A stretch of DNA of 62,739 bases, filler included, from Asterionella formosa (lineage: Eukaryota), in assembly GCA_002256025.1 (NCBI GenBank). It is 9 parts of 9 records of this genome, joined end to end, with 100 filler letters (N's around TTAATTAATTAA, not from the genome) between each part and the next. Parts side by side here need not be neighbours in the genome. Positions count along the whole stretch, not along the records: positions 1 to 25,556 come from NKIB01001942.1; positions 25,657 to 27,214 come from NKIB01001943.1; positions 27,315 to 28,871 come from NKIB01001944.1; positions 28,972 to 30,528 come from NKIB01001945.1; positions 30,629 to 56,115 come from NKIB01001946.1; 4 more parts are not named here. The stretch is one strand, 5' to 3'. A program made the position numbers and the translations under genes. Below are positions 24,085 through 36,577 of the stretch, piece by piece. Numbering within the stretch: the stretch's first letter is position 1; every line of letters begins with the position of its first letter. The notes under the pieces were generated by a model, which was not told the DNA's origin, did not search any database, and was given only the letters and a program-made list of their open reading frames with translations.

Positions 24085-25556
24085 GGATGAAATCTGTGTC
24101 AATTAAATATAAGACAGGCTAGGTACAATACATTCTATTCATATACCTGTATATGTTATGAATTAATCATTTTATTTATAGCCATATGTTGGTATACACT
24201 ATCTATGTAATAGCATGTATAATATTTAGTCTACAATCGGTCTGGTAAATGATCTACCGGTACCGGTAGATGACATTGGGACCAAGTCAGCAGCCATATA
24301 AAGGTAGTCAACCAGTATATGCCTGGTTCTGGCACGGAGTAACAGGTCGTTGTTATTTCATTGTGGACTATTTATTAGCTTACGTATGGTATGATGCAAT
24401 AGTATGCATATACAGCATGCATCAATGGAACAGTAATACCGGTACCCGGTTACGAGGGAGTACGAGGTAATTTACTACGGGGCTCTTTCCGGCTCATTAG
24501 GCTGATTTCAGTCTTTGAGTGTCAATTTAAAAACTTTATTCTTACTTTCCTTTAACTTAAGAAACACATCGTAAGATACTACTTTTTCTCCTGGAAGGTC
24601 CGGTAATCAGCGAATTGCGCGCACTATATGCTAAAAATTCCACGTAGCCGTTTCAACCTACTTCATTGGAAGTCTGTCCGGCTCACCAATTCCGAAATGA
24701 TGAAAATCTCAAAATATTTCAATTTATTTAGATTACCTATAACCGTTATAAACTTTTAAACGGAAAAGCACTGCCACCTTTCACCGCAGAATCGCTGACT
24801 AGCAACTTCAACTTGCTGACTGCAGACTTCTTATTCACACCCTGAATTTTAATGGTCGGTACAAAATGTACACACGAGAACGACTTCTACCTCGGGCAGA
24901 CCACACCCGTCCAAACCTAATACAGAAAGTACTGATAATACGTTGCAGGGCGGAGCAGATGACAAAAAATATTGTAACTATACTACCGGTAGTATACACA
25001 CAAAATGTAAATTACGACTCACTATCACTTCATTTCAACCTCAACCAAATGATAGAATGTAGATGAAATGAATAGCTAGCTATTAGTAGTGTCAGTACTA
25101 CTTGTTCTGTTGAAAATTGTTGACAACATTCAACAATCGTGGCCTGATTCTTCGGTTGACTGCTTGAACCAAATTAATTCCTTTGCTCATTTCAATAACT
25201 ACTAGTAGCAATTCATAAGCATCAAAATTTCAAAATCAGGGTTTCGATGTTAACATTGCAATCTTTAGTAGTAGATTTATCCATACTGCTGCTAGTTAGT
25301 TTGAATAATCTTGCACATTGTGAGTTTAGCTTCATGCACTCCTTGCATCGCTGATGAAGCCTCAATGATAGGCTTATGGACGAGCGAGTTCAATCATCTC
25401 TTCAATCTATCAAAGAATCATGTTATTTGTGTGAATTTTTAACTACCCGACCTGCTTTATCAGCTTGCAACAAATGGTGGACCCTCAGTGAAAAATTTGC
25501 ATGACATGGTGATAGAGAATCCAGAAAGCTTGATTCAATTCAACAATAAAAAATGC

Positions 25557-25656
25557 NNNNNNNNNNNNNNNNNNNNNNNNNNNNNNNNNNNNNNNNNNNN
25601 TTAATTAATTAANNNNNNNNNNNNNNNNNNNNNNNNNNNNNNNNNNNNNNNNNNNN
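25557..25656. other. Artificial contig-joining linker N44-TTAATTAATTAA-N44 (also 27215-27314, 28872-28971, 30529-30628, 56116-56215, 57772-57871, 59428-59527, 61084-61183)
   Basis: Eight identical 100-bp spacers whose 12-mer gives stop codons in all six frames. The small pieces between them are 1556-1558 bp long. Confidence 0.98.
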
Positions 25657-25870
25657 GGCACAGAATGTAATCATAGGGAGGCGAGGGCGCTTTACCGCCT
25701 ACGGTGATATTTTCGAATTCATCGTGCATATCTTCGTTGAGACTTGTGATATCAACATATCCCACTTCTCCAACAGAATTCGGGCAAGCTACAGTTCTTT
25801 GCGATTTAGCTCCATCCAAGGAGCAGGCCGCAAGAATAATAGAAGCTCGTATGAACGCTTCGCGGCCCAT
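25657..25870 (-). CDS. 5' fragment of a secreted protein (truncated by contig end)
   Basis: Signal-peptide-like MGREAFIRASIILAACSLDGAKS, then CP..GY..I..LN.DM...YILC. The frame stays open into the linker. Confidence 0.55.
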
Positions 25871-27018
25871 GCTTACTTGATCAATTGAATCTTGGGTATA
25901 ATAAGGGATTTGTTTGTTCTTTAGTGTGACCCTGGGAACATCAAATCTACTAAAAGAATGACAACAGGAAACAAAGTGAAAACAGGTGCGCGCAAAATAT
26001 TTCTCGGTCACCATCAGTATTGGTTCGCTTGGGGTCGTATCACTATTCGTTGAGTAATGTACCGGTAGCGGTATTGCGACATAATTTGCTTACTGCATGC
26101 GCACCTGCCGATCCCGTCGGATACAAAAATAAAGGTATACTACATGCCGGTATGTATCGTGCAGAGATATACAAAATGAGATGTTGGGAATGCTGACCTT
26201 GGTTTGTGGTCGTGGGTTGAAATTTCAAGTCAAAATTATCGTTGTCTTTTCGGAAGGACATAAACTACCTACGGGTACAGGTAAGACGACCCATCACCAT
26301 TGTTTAACTACATACAGGTGGCGTACACCGGTAGTTAAACCGGCATCATTACCTGGAAAATCCTTTGGTGTCCTTGTCACCAGATGGCGATTTTGCTGGT
26401 TGGACCAGAAGCTCTATGCTTTCTTATTTTTTATTTTCAGACAAAAGTCCCACATAACAAGTTTTCTTATTCATTTTCGTTGCACTACCCGGCCTTTTCT
26501 GGTACTACCAGGTACTAACAATTTTAGCCTTACATATGCCATAGGATTCTTAGTAGCCAACAACAGGGGGTTGCTTAGTTGGTTAGCATGCCTTCATAGG
26601 TTTGATTTCTGCATTCTCCACTTGTATTTCTTTCTCGTGTAGTCCCTAGCTAGGGTTCCAGGGATGCAGCTAAGGAATTAAAAGACAGGTTCCATTAAAA
26701 GACATGTACAATTAAAGCTGGTACTGATCCCCATGCATCACGCCTGAAGTCACCATGTTTGTTGGGGTGATCCTGGGTTGGTAAGTAAGTATATAAGTAC
26801 ATGAACATCAGGGCTAGCAGTGCCAGAAAGCGCTACACAGTCTACCCTTCTAGCAAATGAGTAGTCTTAAAGTGATTAATATAAGTGAAGACACATTCTT
26901 AGCAGCTTATCAAAACACAAATCAAATGGACCCCACTTGCACGAAATCAGTCCCAATCAGTCATGAGCATGTACATCTTGGGGTCCAGGAAAATGAAAAA
27001 AGTTTACTATACCATTGG

Positions 27019-27132
27019 TGAAATCAAAATTACAGCAGATTCTCACCATCCAATGAGCATGCCTATTAGTAGATCTGAAGTCGAAATTGCAGCAGATTCT
27101 CACAATCCGATGTGCATGACTATTAGTAGATC
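27019..27132. repeat. Two-copy 57-bp tandem repeat
   Basis: TGAAATCAAAATTACAGCAGATTCTCACCATCCAATGAGCATGCCTATTAGTAGATC is followed directly by TGAAGTCGAAATTGCAGCAGATTCTCACAATCCGATGTGCATGACTATTAGTAGATC. Confidence 0.85.
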
Positions 27133-27314
27133 ATGGGCAGAAATTTCTAGTGCCTGCATCCTCATGCAGTTCAAGACATCATGGAGCATGCATCCAATGA
27201 CCTATCACTAGGCTNNNNNNNNNNNNNNNNNNNNNNNNNNNNNNNNNNNNNNNNNNNNTTAATTAATTAANNNNNNNNNNNNNNNNNNNNNNNNNNNNNN
27301 NNNNNNNNNNNNNN

Positions 27315-27958
27315 TACTCTCTCACATTTCGCAAGGACCTATTGCTTCATGAAGCTCATCGGCACCCATATATTGAGAGGCTTGGTGTAATGTATATGCT
27401 TAAATTGCGATACGGAAAGCCCTTCATGACTCGCGCAGGCAGATACTGGAGGATATTGTTCACCCTCGCATTGATGTAAGTTGTGTTTCTTAAATTGACA
27501 TGGAAATTATTTTGCAATTTTTGTTGTTGACACCATTGTGTATTATGTTTCGAGTCAGGCCGTGGATGCGAAAATACCGACTGCAGCCTCCTCCTTGTAC
27601 AGACGAAATAGACAAGGAAATCGAAAAAGTTCAGATGGAAATCAAGGAGCAGGAAGTTAGTTCAGACAATTTAAGTTCTTCTGTGCGTGCAAATATACAA
27701 CAAAAGTTGACCAGATTACAGAGTCTACAGCAGTTGAAAGTCGAAAAGATTAATCAAGCAGAGCAGTACGAAACAAGGGAAGAGTATCTGGAGGCACAAA
27801 ATGATCTCCTTCGGTCTCGCAATGCTCAGTTGATGATGAAGCTTGCTTTGCTGCAGCGAAAACACACCAAGCACATTAGCAAAACTATTGATGGAGGTGT
27901 CGTCTCGACGACCATTTCGTCTCGTGCAAATGCCCCTGAAGGAGAGCAGCTCTCATAG
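27315..27958 (+). CDS. 3' fragment of an uncharacterised protein (exons <27315-27475, 27559-27958)
   Basis: Splicing intron 27476-27558 gives continuous LLLHEAHRHPYIERLGVMYMLKL...GRYWRILFTLALMPWMRKYR, followed by a coiled coil. The ORF track misses the first exon. Confidence 0.7.
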
Positions 27959-29307
27959 ACATCATCTGCCATCAATGGAAAAACAATCAATGGAAAGTGA
28001 GGTATTTCATGTGGAACCTCAATTTTTACACGTAGTATTTTATATTTCAGGTCTTTCGCAATGCTCATCAATTTTGATATCGAAAATCTTGATGTGTTTT
28101 CTTGGCCCTGTGCATGTTTTCCTAGCTCACTTAAACAAACATTTAGTTTTTCAGTTGTCAAACGAAAGTACTGCATCAATGACAGTATACTTTGATTGAG
28201 GATATATATTCTTCCAAACATGTGGAAATTCACACTACTAGGGCAACAGGCCAAGGTCCCTTGCCTTCGACCGCCTTGGCAGCTTTTATCCAAACCACGC
28301 AGACTGTTTCATCTCCCACAGGACAAGAAAACGCGATGCGTGTAGCTGCATCAGACACCACAGAAGCCTCACCTACCATCATTGTGCCACCATTCCAATC
28401 AACCGAAGACACCATTCCATCAGACGCATCACTACCAGAAAGCCACAGTATGGCACAGGCCACTAGTATGGAGAGCTACTACCTTACTATGACTACAGAA
28501 ACACTCATACACTCGCTTGCAATCACCAGTGGCATTGCATCCAGCCAATGCATTTCTTCTGCTCATTCCAGCTCTTGCACCCCTGCCACTCCAGCAATCC
28601 AATCATATCACCCACCAAACACCAAGCCGCAAACCAATGCAACTACCGGAAACATCCACGAAGTACATACAGAAGCAACATAACATCGCTTATTCATTTC
28701 GAAATAACGGTGCTGCCACAATCAATGCGCCAATGAAAAAGGGAAACTACATTTTACAAATACTACAATGCAATGGCCAAAAGTCAAAAAATATAATGGA
28801 AAGACATCCCACAGCAGCAGTTATTTCCAAGTGCTTTCAGCACCCATCACTGTGACTTAAAAATCATCATGNNNNNNNNNNNNNNNNNNNNNNNNNNNNN
28901 NNNNNNNNNNNNNNNTTAATTAATTAANNNNNNNNNNNNNNNNNNNNNNNNNNNNNNNNNNNNNNNNNNNNTCTTTGTGCCATTTTAAGAGTAGTAATTA
29001 TAACATTGAAGGACTGCAAGGGCACAGCGTTTTCATGAGTTCGTTCTATACGTTAAAATAATTTTTTTATAGAGGGACGTCACTCTTTCGGTATTGATAA
29101 ATCAAATGGCTCATTTTGGTTTGTTTGTCTTGTGTCATAATTCTTGTGCGATTACTTCGGCCACGACATCAGATATTAACAATAGCTCATAATCGTAAAC
29201 AGGAGCCATGATCTAGGCAATCCCTGCACAAGGAAAGTACACGCATGATTGTTCGCGTTACAATTATCATTATAGATTAGTTCAGCAATTCGTTTCAATT
29301 ATCTTGC

Positions 29308-30488
29308 TCACTGAGTATTTTCGACGTCGTCGTCACGAGTAAAATTACCAATTGGGGCATGCTGCATCACCGAACCAAGAACTGGGGACAGGACGGGAAT
29401 AGGAGGGGCATAGCCGTATACCATGCTGCCATCAAATGGCTCGGGAGGCATCACCTGACCCAAAGGAAGGAGAGGAACGGGAGGAACAAATGGAATAGGA
29501 GATAAGGCAATGGAAGGCACAGCTGGTGGGTGATTCAGCTCTGATAGATGCTCCAATGGATATGGTGGCATGTAGTTTCCGTACATTGCAGCTCCATAAT
29601 GAACAGAGGGATAGTACATTTGCATGGCAGCAGCGTGGTAATTCGACGGATACATCAGGGCCGCCGATGCAGTGCCATCGTCATACATGGGGAAAACAGC
29701 ATGTGGTTCCCTATTGTTAAGGAGACTGCTGGGGCCGTTCTGCATGAAGTTTTGTCGTCCACGGGAGCTGTTATCCTTTGGCTGAGCGGCCTTCACCTCA
29801 CAAATCTTCCCCTGTATCTCGACCTTGCCCACCAATGCCTCTCCAGTCTGGATATCCTTGCCTTCGTTTCCCATCATCAAAAGCTTGTGCGCAACCTCCT
29901 GTTTTTGGGAGTGTGAGTTCAAATAAAATGCAGACACAGCTGCAATAGTCAATTCACATCACTGTACAAACTCACTCACCTCCTCCTCAAACGTCACAAA
30001 ACCAAAACCTCGGGAACGCCGAGTTTCTCGATCAAACATTACAACCGAGTCTACAAGCTTACCGAATTGTGTAAAGAACTCTCGAAATTCCCCCTCCGTA
30101 ACTACGAAAATGTCAAATAATGGTGAGTCTCAGAATATCACAGTGTTGTTGTTGGTTTAATAAGGAAATCACCCCTAACAGACGAGTAGTATGAAACTCA
30201 TCGACATGCTTCAACAAAACTTTGTGACTTACTGTTTGCAGGAAGACCACCCACAAATAGCTTTCGGGTGTCCTTCTTGGTGGGCGGGATTTTACCCGGT
30301 CGATGGGGAAACGGAGTTGTACTCAACAGCGAATCTTTTGGATCCGAACATGGTGTCTGGAGCATCATGCTGTGTGATGAACCTGCAGCGTTGTCAACCT
30401 GGTTTTCATTGATATGCATCTTAGGGTTCAAGTTGGATCCTTGCTGAGGGTTGCTGTTATCGTTGGTAGGACCTTGCTGTTGCAACAT
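29308..30488 (-). CDS. Single-RRM RNA-binding protein, Musashi/hnRNP A1-like (exons 30488-30233, 30101-29980, 29898-29308)
   Basis: RNP2 KLFVGGL and RNP1 RGFGFVTF are joined by two GT-AG introns. CEVKAAQPK and a Pro/Tyr/Met-rich C-terminus follow. The true start could lie beyond the contig end. Confidence 0.88.
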
Positions 30489-30789
30489 GGGAATAGTTGT
30501 GGAAAACTTGAAGTCGAGGGTCGCAGTGNNNNNNNNNNNNNNNNNNNNNNNNNNNNNNNNNNNNNNNNNNNNTTAATTAATTAANNNNNNNNNNNNNNNN
30601 NNNNNNNNNNNNNNNNNNNNNNNNNNNNTAAAATACATGCTCGACGTAACCAAAGGCTGTAATACTTAATTTCATAAAAATATATATTTTTAATTATATA
30701 TGTACTCGTGAGTACGGATAAAAGCAATATAATAGCCATAGCTACAGCCAACGACTACGGTAGGTACATCACAAATGAGTGGTTTAGTT

Positions 30790-31481
30790 GTTTTTGCTAC
30801 TATGACATGATGTGCTGTTGGGTAGTTGGGTACCTGGTAGTTAGAGCCTTGGAAATGGCAGTGGTGCTGCAACTAGAGGGACGTTTGGACGACAAAGCAC
30901 AAATATGCTGATCAATCCAACCAATTTGACTAGAATTCGGGAATACACATCAGCAAAACCCGCAGCTCCACATTCAACTGTAGTACGGTAAGCAAACAAG
31001 GAACAGTTACACCAACCAGAATATGCACTCCATTAACAGTCTCAATCAAGGGCCAACGGAGTCTCCGCTGCAAACACCCTTTCCGGACTTTCCACTAGTA
31101 GACAACATGGAATTTTTATGAATAACTCCCTCATACTGTTGGTTGCAAGTTTTGTCATCCGCTTGTCCAAAAATGAGAGCGATGTCTTTGATTGGATTGC
31201 AATGGGCAGCAGTAAGGGCAATGTCGTCATGAATCAACGATGCTCCACAAACAAAATACCACTGAACATAGTACGGTATTCTCCAGGTGCCGCCAACTTT
31301 CCCCAACGATGCGAGTTGCCAGGTCTCGATCGGTGTTGACTGTGCTGGTGTTATCTACCAACGGAGCAGCAGCATTACTGTGGATCGATGTGGTCAGGCC
31401 TTACAGTGTGGCAGCGGCAGGGGCAAGATCGACTAGCAAGACAGAAATAAAGATGGCGTATTTAAGGCGGAAAGAAATCAT
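30790..31481 (-). pseudogene. Trypsin-like protease pseudogene
   Basis: Homologous to the neighbouring trypsins (MISFRLKYAIFI..ATL*GL, RIVG, PYYVQW..CGASLIHDDIALTAAHC, CSGDSVGP, WIDQHICALSSK). It has a premature stop, frameshifts and a large internal deletion. Confidence 0.85.
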
Positions 31482-32623
31482 GATTTGGCTCCTGTTATAT
31501 TAAAACACATCAAGACAAGAATGATAATTCAGACGAGGTGGGATTAATGAGCTTTTGCCTGCCAGGCAAAAGCTAAAAACAGTGTTTTTAGATAATAGAG
31601 TAGGGGAGATTATCTGACTGTGAAGTTTTCATCGTGGTGTCATTGATCATGACATCAGACATTACTAATCTTTGTAATTTGATAGAGAGGAAAGACAGAA
31701 CTGGTAAAATATCTGTTGTTGACTAATCTTGGATTGTTGGAAAGAGCAAAATTGCGCGAAAGGATTTATGACAAGGCCCAGGACCTGGTATACCTGTATG
31801 TGCAACATAACATCACTCAACCAAAAAATCCCGGTTTACTGGCACGTGGTATTACGCATCACACTCTGTTATCTCCCTAGTCCATTAGCTTACATCGAAT
31901 GTACATGACGGTATATGACAGCTCTGGCTGATGAATTTACCGTTATAGTCTGGAGTATTGTAGTTAGTGGCAGCACAGTTGTTCACCAATGGCTAATAAT
32001 ACATTATAAAGTACGCAAACTACAATAGTACTTCCATTTCAATTACCGGCAGCAACACTACGGTACCGGTATTCCGGAACCATTTAGTATGCGAGGTATG
32101 GAACACATCCGAAAAGAAACAATGCAGTTTACTGCAACTTTTGCTGCTATGCGACCGACTCTCCTAGCTTGGATGCAAACATTCTTCACTTCTTGCATTA
32201 AATCACATGGTTTGGTGTATCCATGATTGCGTGCGAGGATCTCACAACCTTCTATATAAACTAGACTAGAATGAGAAATTACGGTAGCAATCCCCTGATT
32301 GTACAATCAGTGGATAACTAGCTACTATTGTACTAACTGATGCATCACGGCCAGAATCAATTTCAAAAGACAATTACGCAAGCGAATCAGATGAGACATT
32401 TCTTGGATCAAGCAAGCGATCGTGGCTCCATTCAATTCCTACTAATGATAAGAGCTAATAGTGCTGCTTCCATTCAGATTGTAATGCTGCTTCGAATTAC
32501 ACACGGATACAAAACAGGAGAATTAGATACCAAGAGGCTTTATCGCTTCGCATCTTTACTATTTCAACCTCGCTTGATGCTTGGGGACAGCCAGGCGGCC
32601 TGATCATTCCAGCTTCGGACCTG

Positions 32624-33646
32624 CTATTTTGGAGCCTTGGCATGTTTGGGGGGTTTGGTAGGCTTGGAAGTTGGTCGCTTAATACTGCTGCCTGGAACTA
32701 AGGTGGGAGCCTTGATAGGAGTTGCAGTAGGGCGCTTAGTATTGCTTCCTGGAACCACCGGGGAAACAGTGGAAGTTGTACTGCAACTAATAGGAGGCTT
32801 GGACGACAAGGCACAAATCTGCTGATCAATCCAAGCAACTTGATCAGAGACACGGGAGTACACACCTGGGTATGCTGCTGCGGCACACCCTTTTCCCCAA
32901 GAAGTGATCCCAATAAGAGTATGCACTCCATTCACAATCATGACCAACGGCCCGCCTGAGTCTCCTTGGCAGGTATCCTTTCCTCCTCCAGCCACACCAG
33001 CACATATCATGGATGCTGCATCAATATTTCCAGAGTACTTTTGGTTGCAAGTGATCTGAGCCACCGCTTGAACAGTCACTTCTTGCAAGTAAGTAGGGAG
33101 GTTTCCCCCTGTTGTGAGGGTGCCAAGACCAACCGCAACAAGATCTTCTCCAGTTGTTGGGATGGCACTGTTGCGATTGAGATTGACTGGTACCTTATCT
33201 ACAGGGCTCGTCAACTTCAAGATGAGAAAATCGTTCACATGGGTATTCGGATTGTATTTCGGATGGACCACACGCTTCGCGATGGTAGCGAGGACTGCTC
33301 CGTTGCTTATCGTTTCGGTTTTGAATGCTCCAACATGGACTGTGTTAGTGGCGATTTCATTGCAATGGGCAGCAGTAATAACAATGTCGTCATGAATCAA
33401 AGATGCTCCACAGCCATAAATCCATTGTGTGTAGTATGGGTATTCTCCAACCGAGGCCTGGGTACCTCCAACGATACGAGTTTCCAGGTCCCGATCGTTG
33501 ATGTTGGTGCCAAGGGTTTCTTCATCCGATAGAGCAGCTGGTTCGCCATCATGGATCTTCGTGAGTAGGCCTCGCAGTGTGGCAACGGTAGGAGTGAAGA
33601 GCAAGGTAAAGATGATGATGGCGGATTGAAGGTGAAAAGACAGCAT
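32624..33646 (-). CDS. Secreted trypsin-like serine protease (S1), copy A
   Basis: Signal peptide from MLSFHLQSAII and activation site R|IVGG. Catalytic triad TAAHC / NDF / GDSGGP, Asp189-type KDTCQ pocket, and two 19-aa Pro/Thr repeats. The ORF extends upstream to 33802, but ATG 33646 fits the signal peptide and the pseudogene start. Confidence 0.93.
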   Translation of the reverse strand: MLSFHLQSAIIIFTLLFTPTVATLRGLLTKIHDGEPAALSDEETLGTNINDRDLETRIVGGTQASVGEYPYYTQWIYGCGASLIHDDIVITAAHCNEIATNTVHVGAFKTETISNGAVLATIAKRVVHPKYNPNTHVNDFLILKLTSPVDKVPVNLNRNSAIPTTGEDLVAVGLGTLTTGGNLPTYLQEVTVQAVAQITCNQKYSGNIDAASMICAGVAGGGKDTCQGDSGGPLVMIVNGVHTLIGITSWGKGCAAAAYPGVYSRVSDQVAWIDQQICALSSKPPISCSTTSTVSPVVPGSNTKRPTATPIKAPTLVPGSSIKRPTSKPTKPPKHAKAPK

Positions 33647-35034
33647 GATTTGGCTAGTTTTTGTTGTTGTTGCCGGTAACATTATGTGTTCTTGTGTATG
33701 ATAAGTGGAAGAAATATTTCTTAACTTTCTGAGAAGAGTCATTCTCGGCCTCTCCGTTTTTCCTCTGACGTGTATCGTCGGCATTTCTTTGTTTGACTTC
33801 ATTGTATGTATGCATACATACTAAAAACAAGTAATTGTTTTTATCAATATAAGTGTGGAAAATTGTCATTCCCGCACTGTATGCCCTCTCGAGTGCTGAA
33901 GGAGCTCGTGAGAAGGTTGGAAAGCACGTCGAACTACATATATGATAGTGGGAAGCTCCAAGAATTTAGGATACGTATTAAGCAACACAGCGATAAATTG
34001 AATTGAATAGTAAATCCTGGGCCCACTACCTGATTATTAGCAACGACGTTTCATCTGCAGTTCAATTTTGTGTAAATGTTCCAAGTTAACCATTTATTCT
34101 AGCTTAGTGAACGAACGCAGCAACTGGTTAGTACCTGGTTACCAGTACCGCTACGTACGCACGGGACCTCACAAATCTTATTGTGTACATATAGAGCTTG
34201 CAGGTCTGGAGTGTTAAGTGTTGATCGTCACCCAGTCGTGTTAGGTTGTTGAAATAACACAGCCAAAGGTTGCTTTGCTGGCACTGACACAGATATTATG
34301 CATTAAACGTCTAATTAATAGGAAGCAACTCCCAATGCTGGTCATGCTTGTTGTCCTACGAAATATTTAGCTATGTCCGGTCTACCTGATTGTCCGATTT
34401 CAGACATTGATATCGTCCTTGGGGACGGACGCCGATTTGTTTGGGTCGTCCTTCCAGACATTTTCTGATCATGTCCGTCATTCACCCCTTATTGACTGGA
34501 CATGAGGTCGTGAGACTTTTGCTTTGCTTGCTTTTCTTGTTATGTTGAGACTCTCTATTTATGTATGTCAATCAATCACACGGCTCCAAGTATGAAAGAA
34601 ATGGTACCCTGGTAGTCTACATATTAATCTGCATCAGTACATTTATACAAACTTTCGTATGCCTTTGTCGGTTAAGTGACACTAGAAAAGCCACTGTTGT
34701 CAGAATATTTCCACACATGCACCTGGTTCCCTAATAGTGCCAGTAATAGATTAACGGTAGGCTACCGGCAAAATATTCTGTGCAAATGAATACCTACCGG
34801 TACATGATATGCATGTCGTAGCATCTGGCGAACTATCATCCTCATGCCTTGGACATCACATGGTGCCTCGTCCTCATCCTTGATTGTGTGCGTCGAACAG
34901 GAGGACTAACATCCATTATGTGTGCGCATTTCATATCATCCAAATCCTTTTTGTGACATAAATGAGTTAATGGTTTAATAATCATTCGTTAAACCATGTT
35001 GTCTTCAACATTCATTCTACAATCGAGGACCGCA

Positions 35035-35572
35035 CAGCGATGCCTGAGGAGCACACAGTCGCCAAAGGCCAGTGAAGGGGTCATGGACATCTTCTCAAAC
35101 CTCCGATAGAGCTACCAATGCGTAGAAGGAAAAGAATTCTAGTGGAAGTATATTCATCAATGGTGACCGACCATTTCGAAGAAATCTTCACCGAGATCAA
35201 TAAAGCAGAACCAACCAAGTGGGTTGATATGCCCGGCGTTGTATCGAAAGGGGACCGAAAAACTACCACGGGTGCTGCTTCCAAGCTGCAAGATCGATAC
35301 TATGAGATATTCAAGCCTTCGCAGTTCTGTCGACCTCCACACTTTAATATTGTCAATTTTCATGATGCCTTGTTTGCTGCTGAGTTTATCAAAAAGCACA
35401 ATTTGAAATTTTCCAAGCATTGACTGACTGAATAGCTGGCTTCCCGAAACGAAGAATAACGCATAAAGTTCCAAGATAAAGAAGTCGCGCGTACAGTGCC
35501 TCTGAAGACTTTGGAAAAGGCGAAGCAGTTTGAGTTTTACCTCGAAGTGGGCGACGACTTCTTATGGCTTTA
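35035..35572 (+). pseudogene. Degenerate fragment of a conserved hypothetical protein (possibly ParB-like/DUF262-related C-terminal region)
   Basis: Protein-like segment IFTEINKAEP..VD...FKPSQFCRPPHFNIVNFHDALF, continuing past stops and frameshifts to TLEKAKQFEFYL. No intact start. The family assignment is from memory only. Confidence 0.5.
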
Positions 35573-35617
35573 GAGCTGATGATCCATTAATCAGGATAAC
35601 TTGAACGTGTTCCTAGA

Positions 35618-36577
35618 TTAATTGGCCCATAAATGTGGTACCATTCTTAAAAGATCTAGACTCACAGATTCGTTATCAGAAAACTCCGAAATCATGTTGA
35701 CAAATTGCCTCATCGTCAATGTTGTATCCAGCAGTCTCGCTCTCCCAGCTTGATTTAATGCTAGATAATGATCGATCTCCCTCCTGGAGACGCTGTGAAT
35801 ATTCTCCCGATGCGTCGCGGTCATCATTAATGGCAATGTGTATTGAGGAATTGCGCAGAAGACCAACTCCATCAACGAGTAATTATTCTCGAGGCCTTTC
35901 ACAATGGCAAGCTGGAGTCGCTGCGTCACGACTGCGGTCTGCCTTGTTAGACGAAGAGTAATTGATTGAATAATTTTGTTCCGTATTAGCATATCTTCCA
36001 AAGCAGCGCATACTTCCTGATCCAAGTACTCGAAAAGGTTCAAAGTCAATCGCTTGGTCGATTTATTAATCGCCATTGCCTTGAGAAACGTCGTTAAACC
36101 GTCCTTCGTCAAGTGTACCTTGGAAACATCCATAGAATCAAAATTATACATGGTTATCAGTCTTGTCATATCTGGTCCAAGACTGCAACTCGTATAACCC
36201 GCTTTCAGGTCCAAATCGCGCAATGGCCAATGAGCCAAGAGAGCGGCGATGATCTCGTTGTCAAGCTCATCTTGTCGCATGGCCAAGTCCAATGGGGTGT
36301 GGCGATCCTTGTTCTCAATAAGCATTGCTTCTGGAAATAATTCGATAAGATAGTTGACATACGTTAGAGAGGGAGGCAGTCCACAGGATGAATCCTGCAC
36401 GGCGACATGCAACAACGTGTTGCCATCGAGAACCCGCTTGTGGAAGGGTTTTGTATTCGTCGTTTTCAGTAGAAACTTGAAAACACGAAGCGACTTCCGG
36501 CGCTTAGAGGTTGCATGGGCCAATCTTGTTCTCCAAGCTGGAGGTATATTGTCGGATGATGGCATCTTGTCCGCCAT
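35618..36577 (-). CDS. Ankyrin-like + RNI-like leucine-rich-repeat protein
   Basis: Ankyrin-like DGNTLLHVAV and RHTPLDLAM. LRR-like repeats (NKSTKRLTL, NKIIQSITL, NYSLMELVF). C-terminal IDHYLALNQAGRARLL...LLRMVPHLW is typical of an expanded diatom family. Confidence 0.75.
   Translation of the reverse strand: MADKMPSSDNIPPAWRTRLAHATSKRRKSLRVFKFLLKTTNTKPFHKRVLDGNTLLHVAVQDSSCGLPPSLTYVNYLIELFPEAMLIENKDRHTPLDLAMRQDELDNEIIAALLAHWPLRDLDLKAGYTSCSLGPDMTRLITMYNFDSMDVSKVHLTKDGLTTFLKAMAINKSTKRLTLNLFEYLDQEVCAALEDMLIRNKIIQSITLRLTRQTAVVTQRLQLAIVKGLENNYSLMELVFCAIPQYTLPLMMTATHRENIHSVSRREIDHYLALNQAGRARLLDTTLTMRQFVNMISEFSDNESVSLDLLRMVPHLWAN

Noticed and set aside
25601..25612. Recurrent TTAATTAATTAA at ~1657-bp spacing as a CRISPR-like or periodic array
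   Set aside because: It is always embedded in N44 pads. It is an assembly spacer, and the periodicity reflects length-ranked contigs.
28192..28855. Thr/Ser/Pro-rich ORF and downstream LQILQCNGQKSK resembling a LINE ORF1 end and APE start
   Set aside because: Only one short motif, with no further endonuclease residues before stops and the contig end.
32966..33532. Antisense ORFs over the trypsin, SGNH, RAD5, PPR and kinase genes
   Set aside because: Shadow ORFs of real genes with no recognisable motifs.
33647..33802. Long N-terminal extensions of the trypsin ORFs (also 38495-38632)
   Set aside because: The signal peptide and the pseudogene's start align with the downstream ATG, and the extensions start at different codons in the two copies. 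Probably 5' UTR or promoter.
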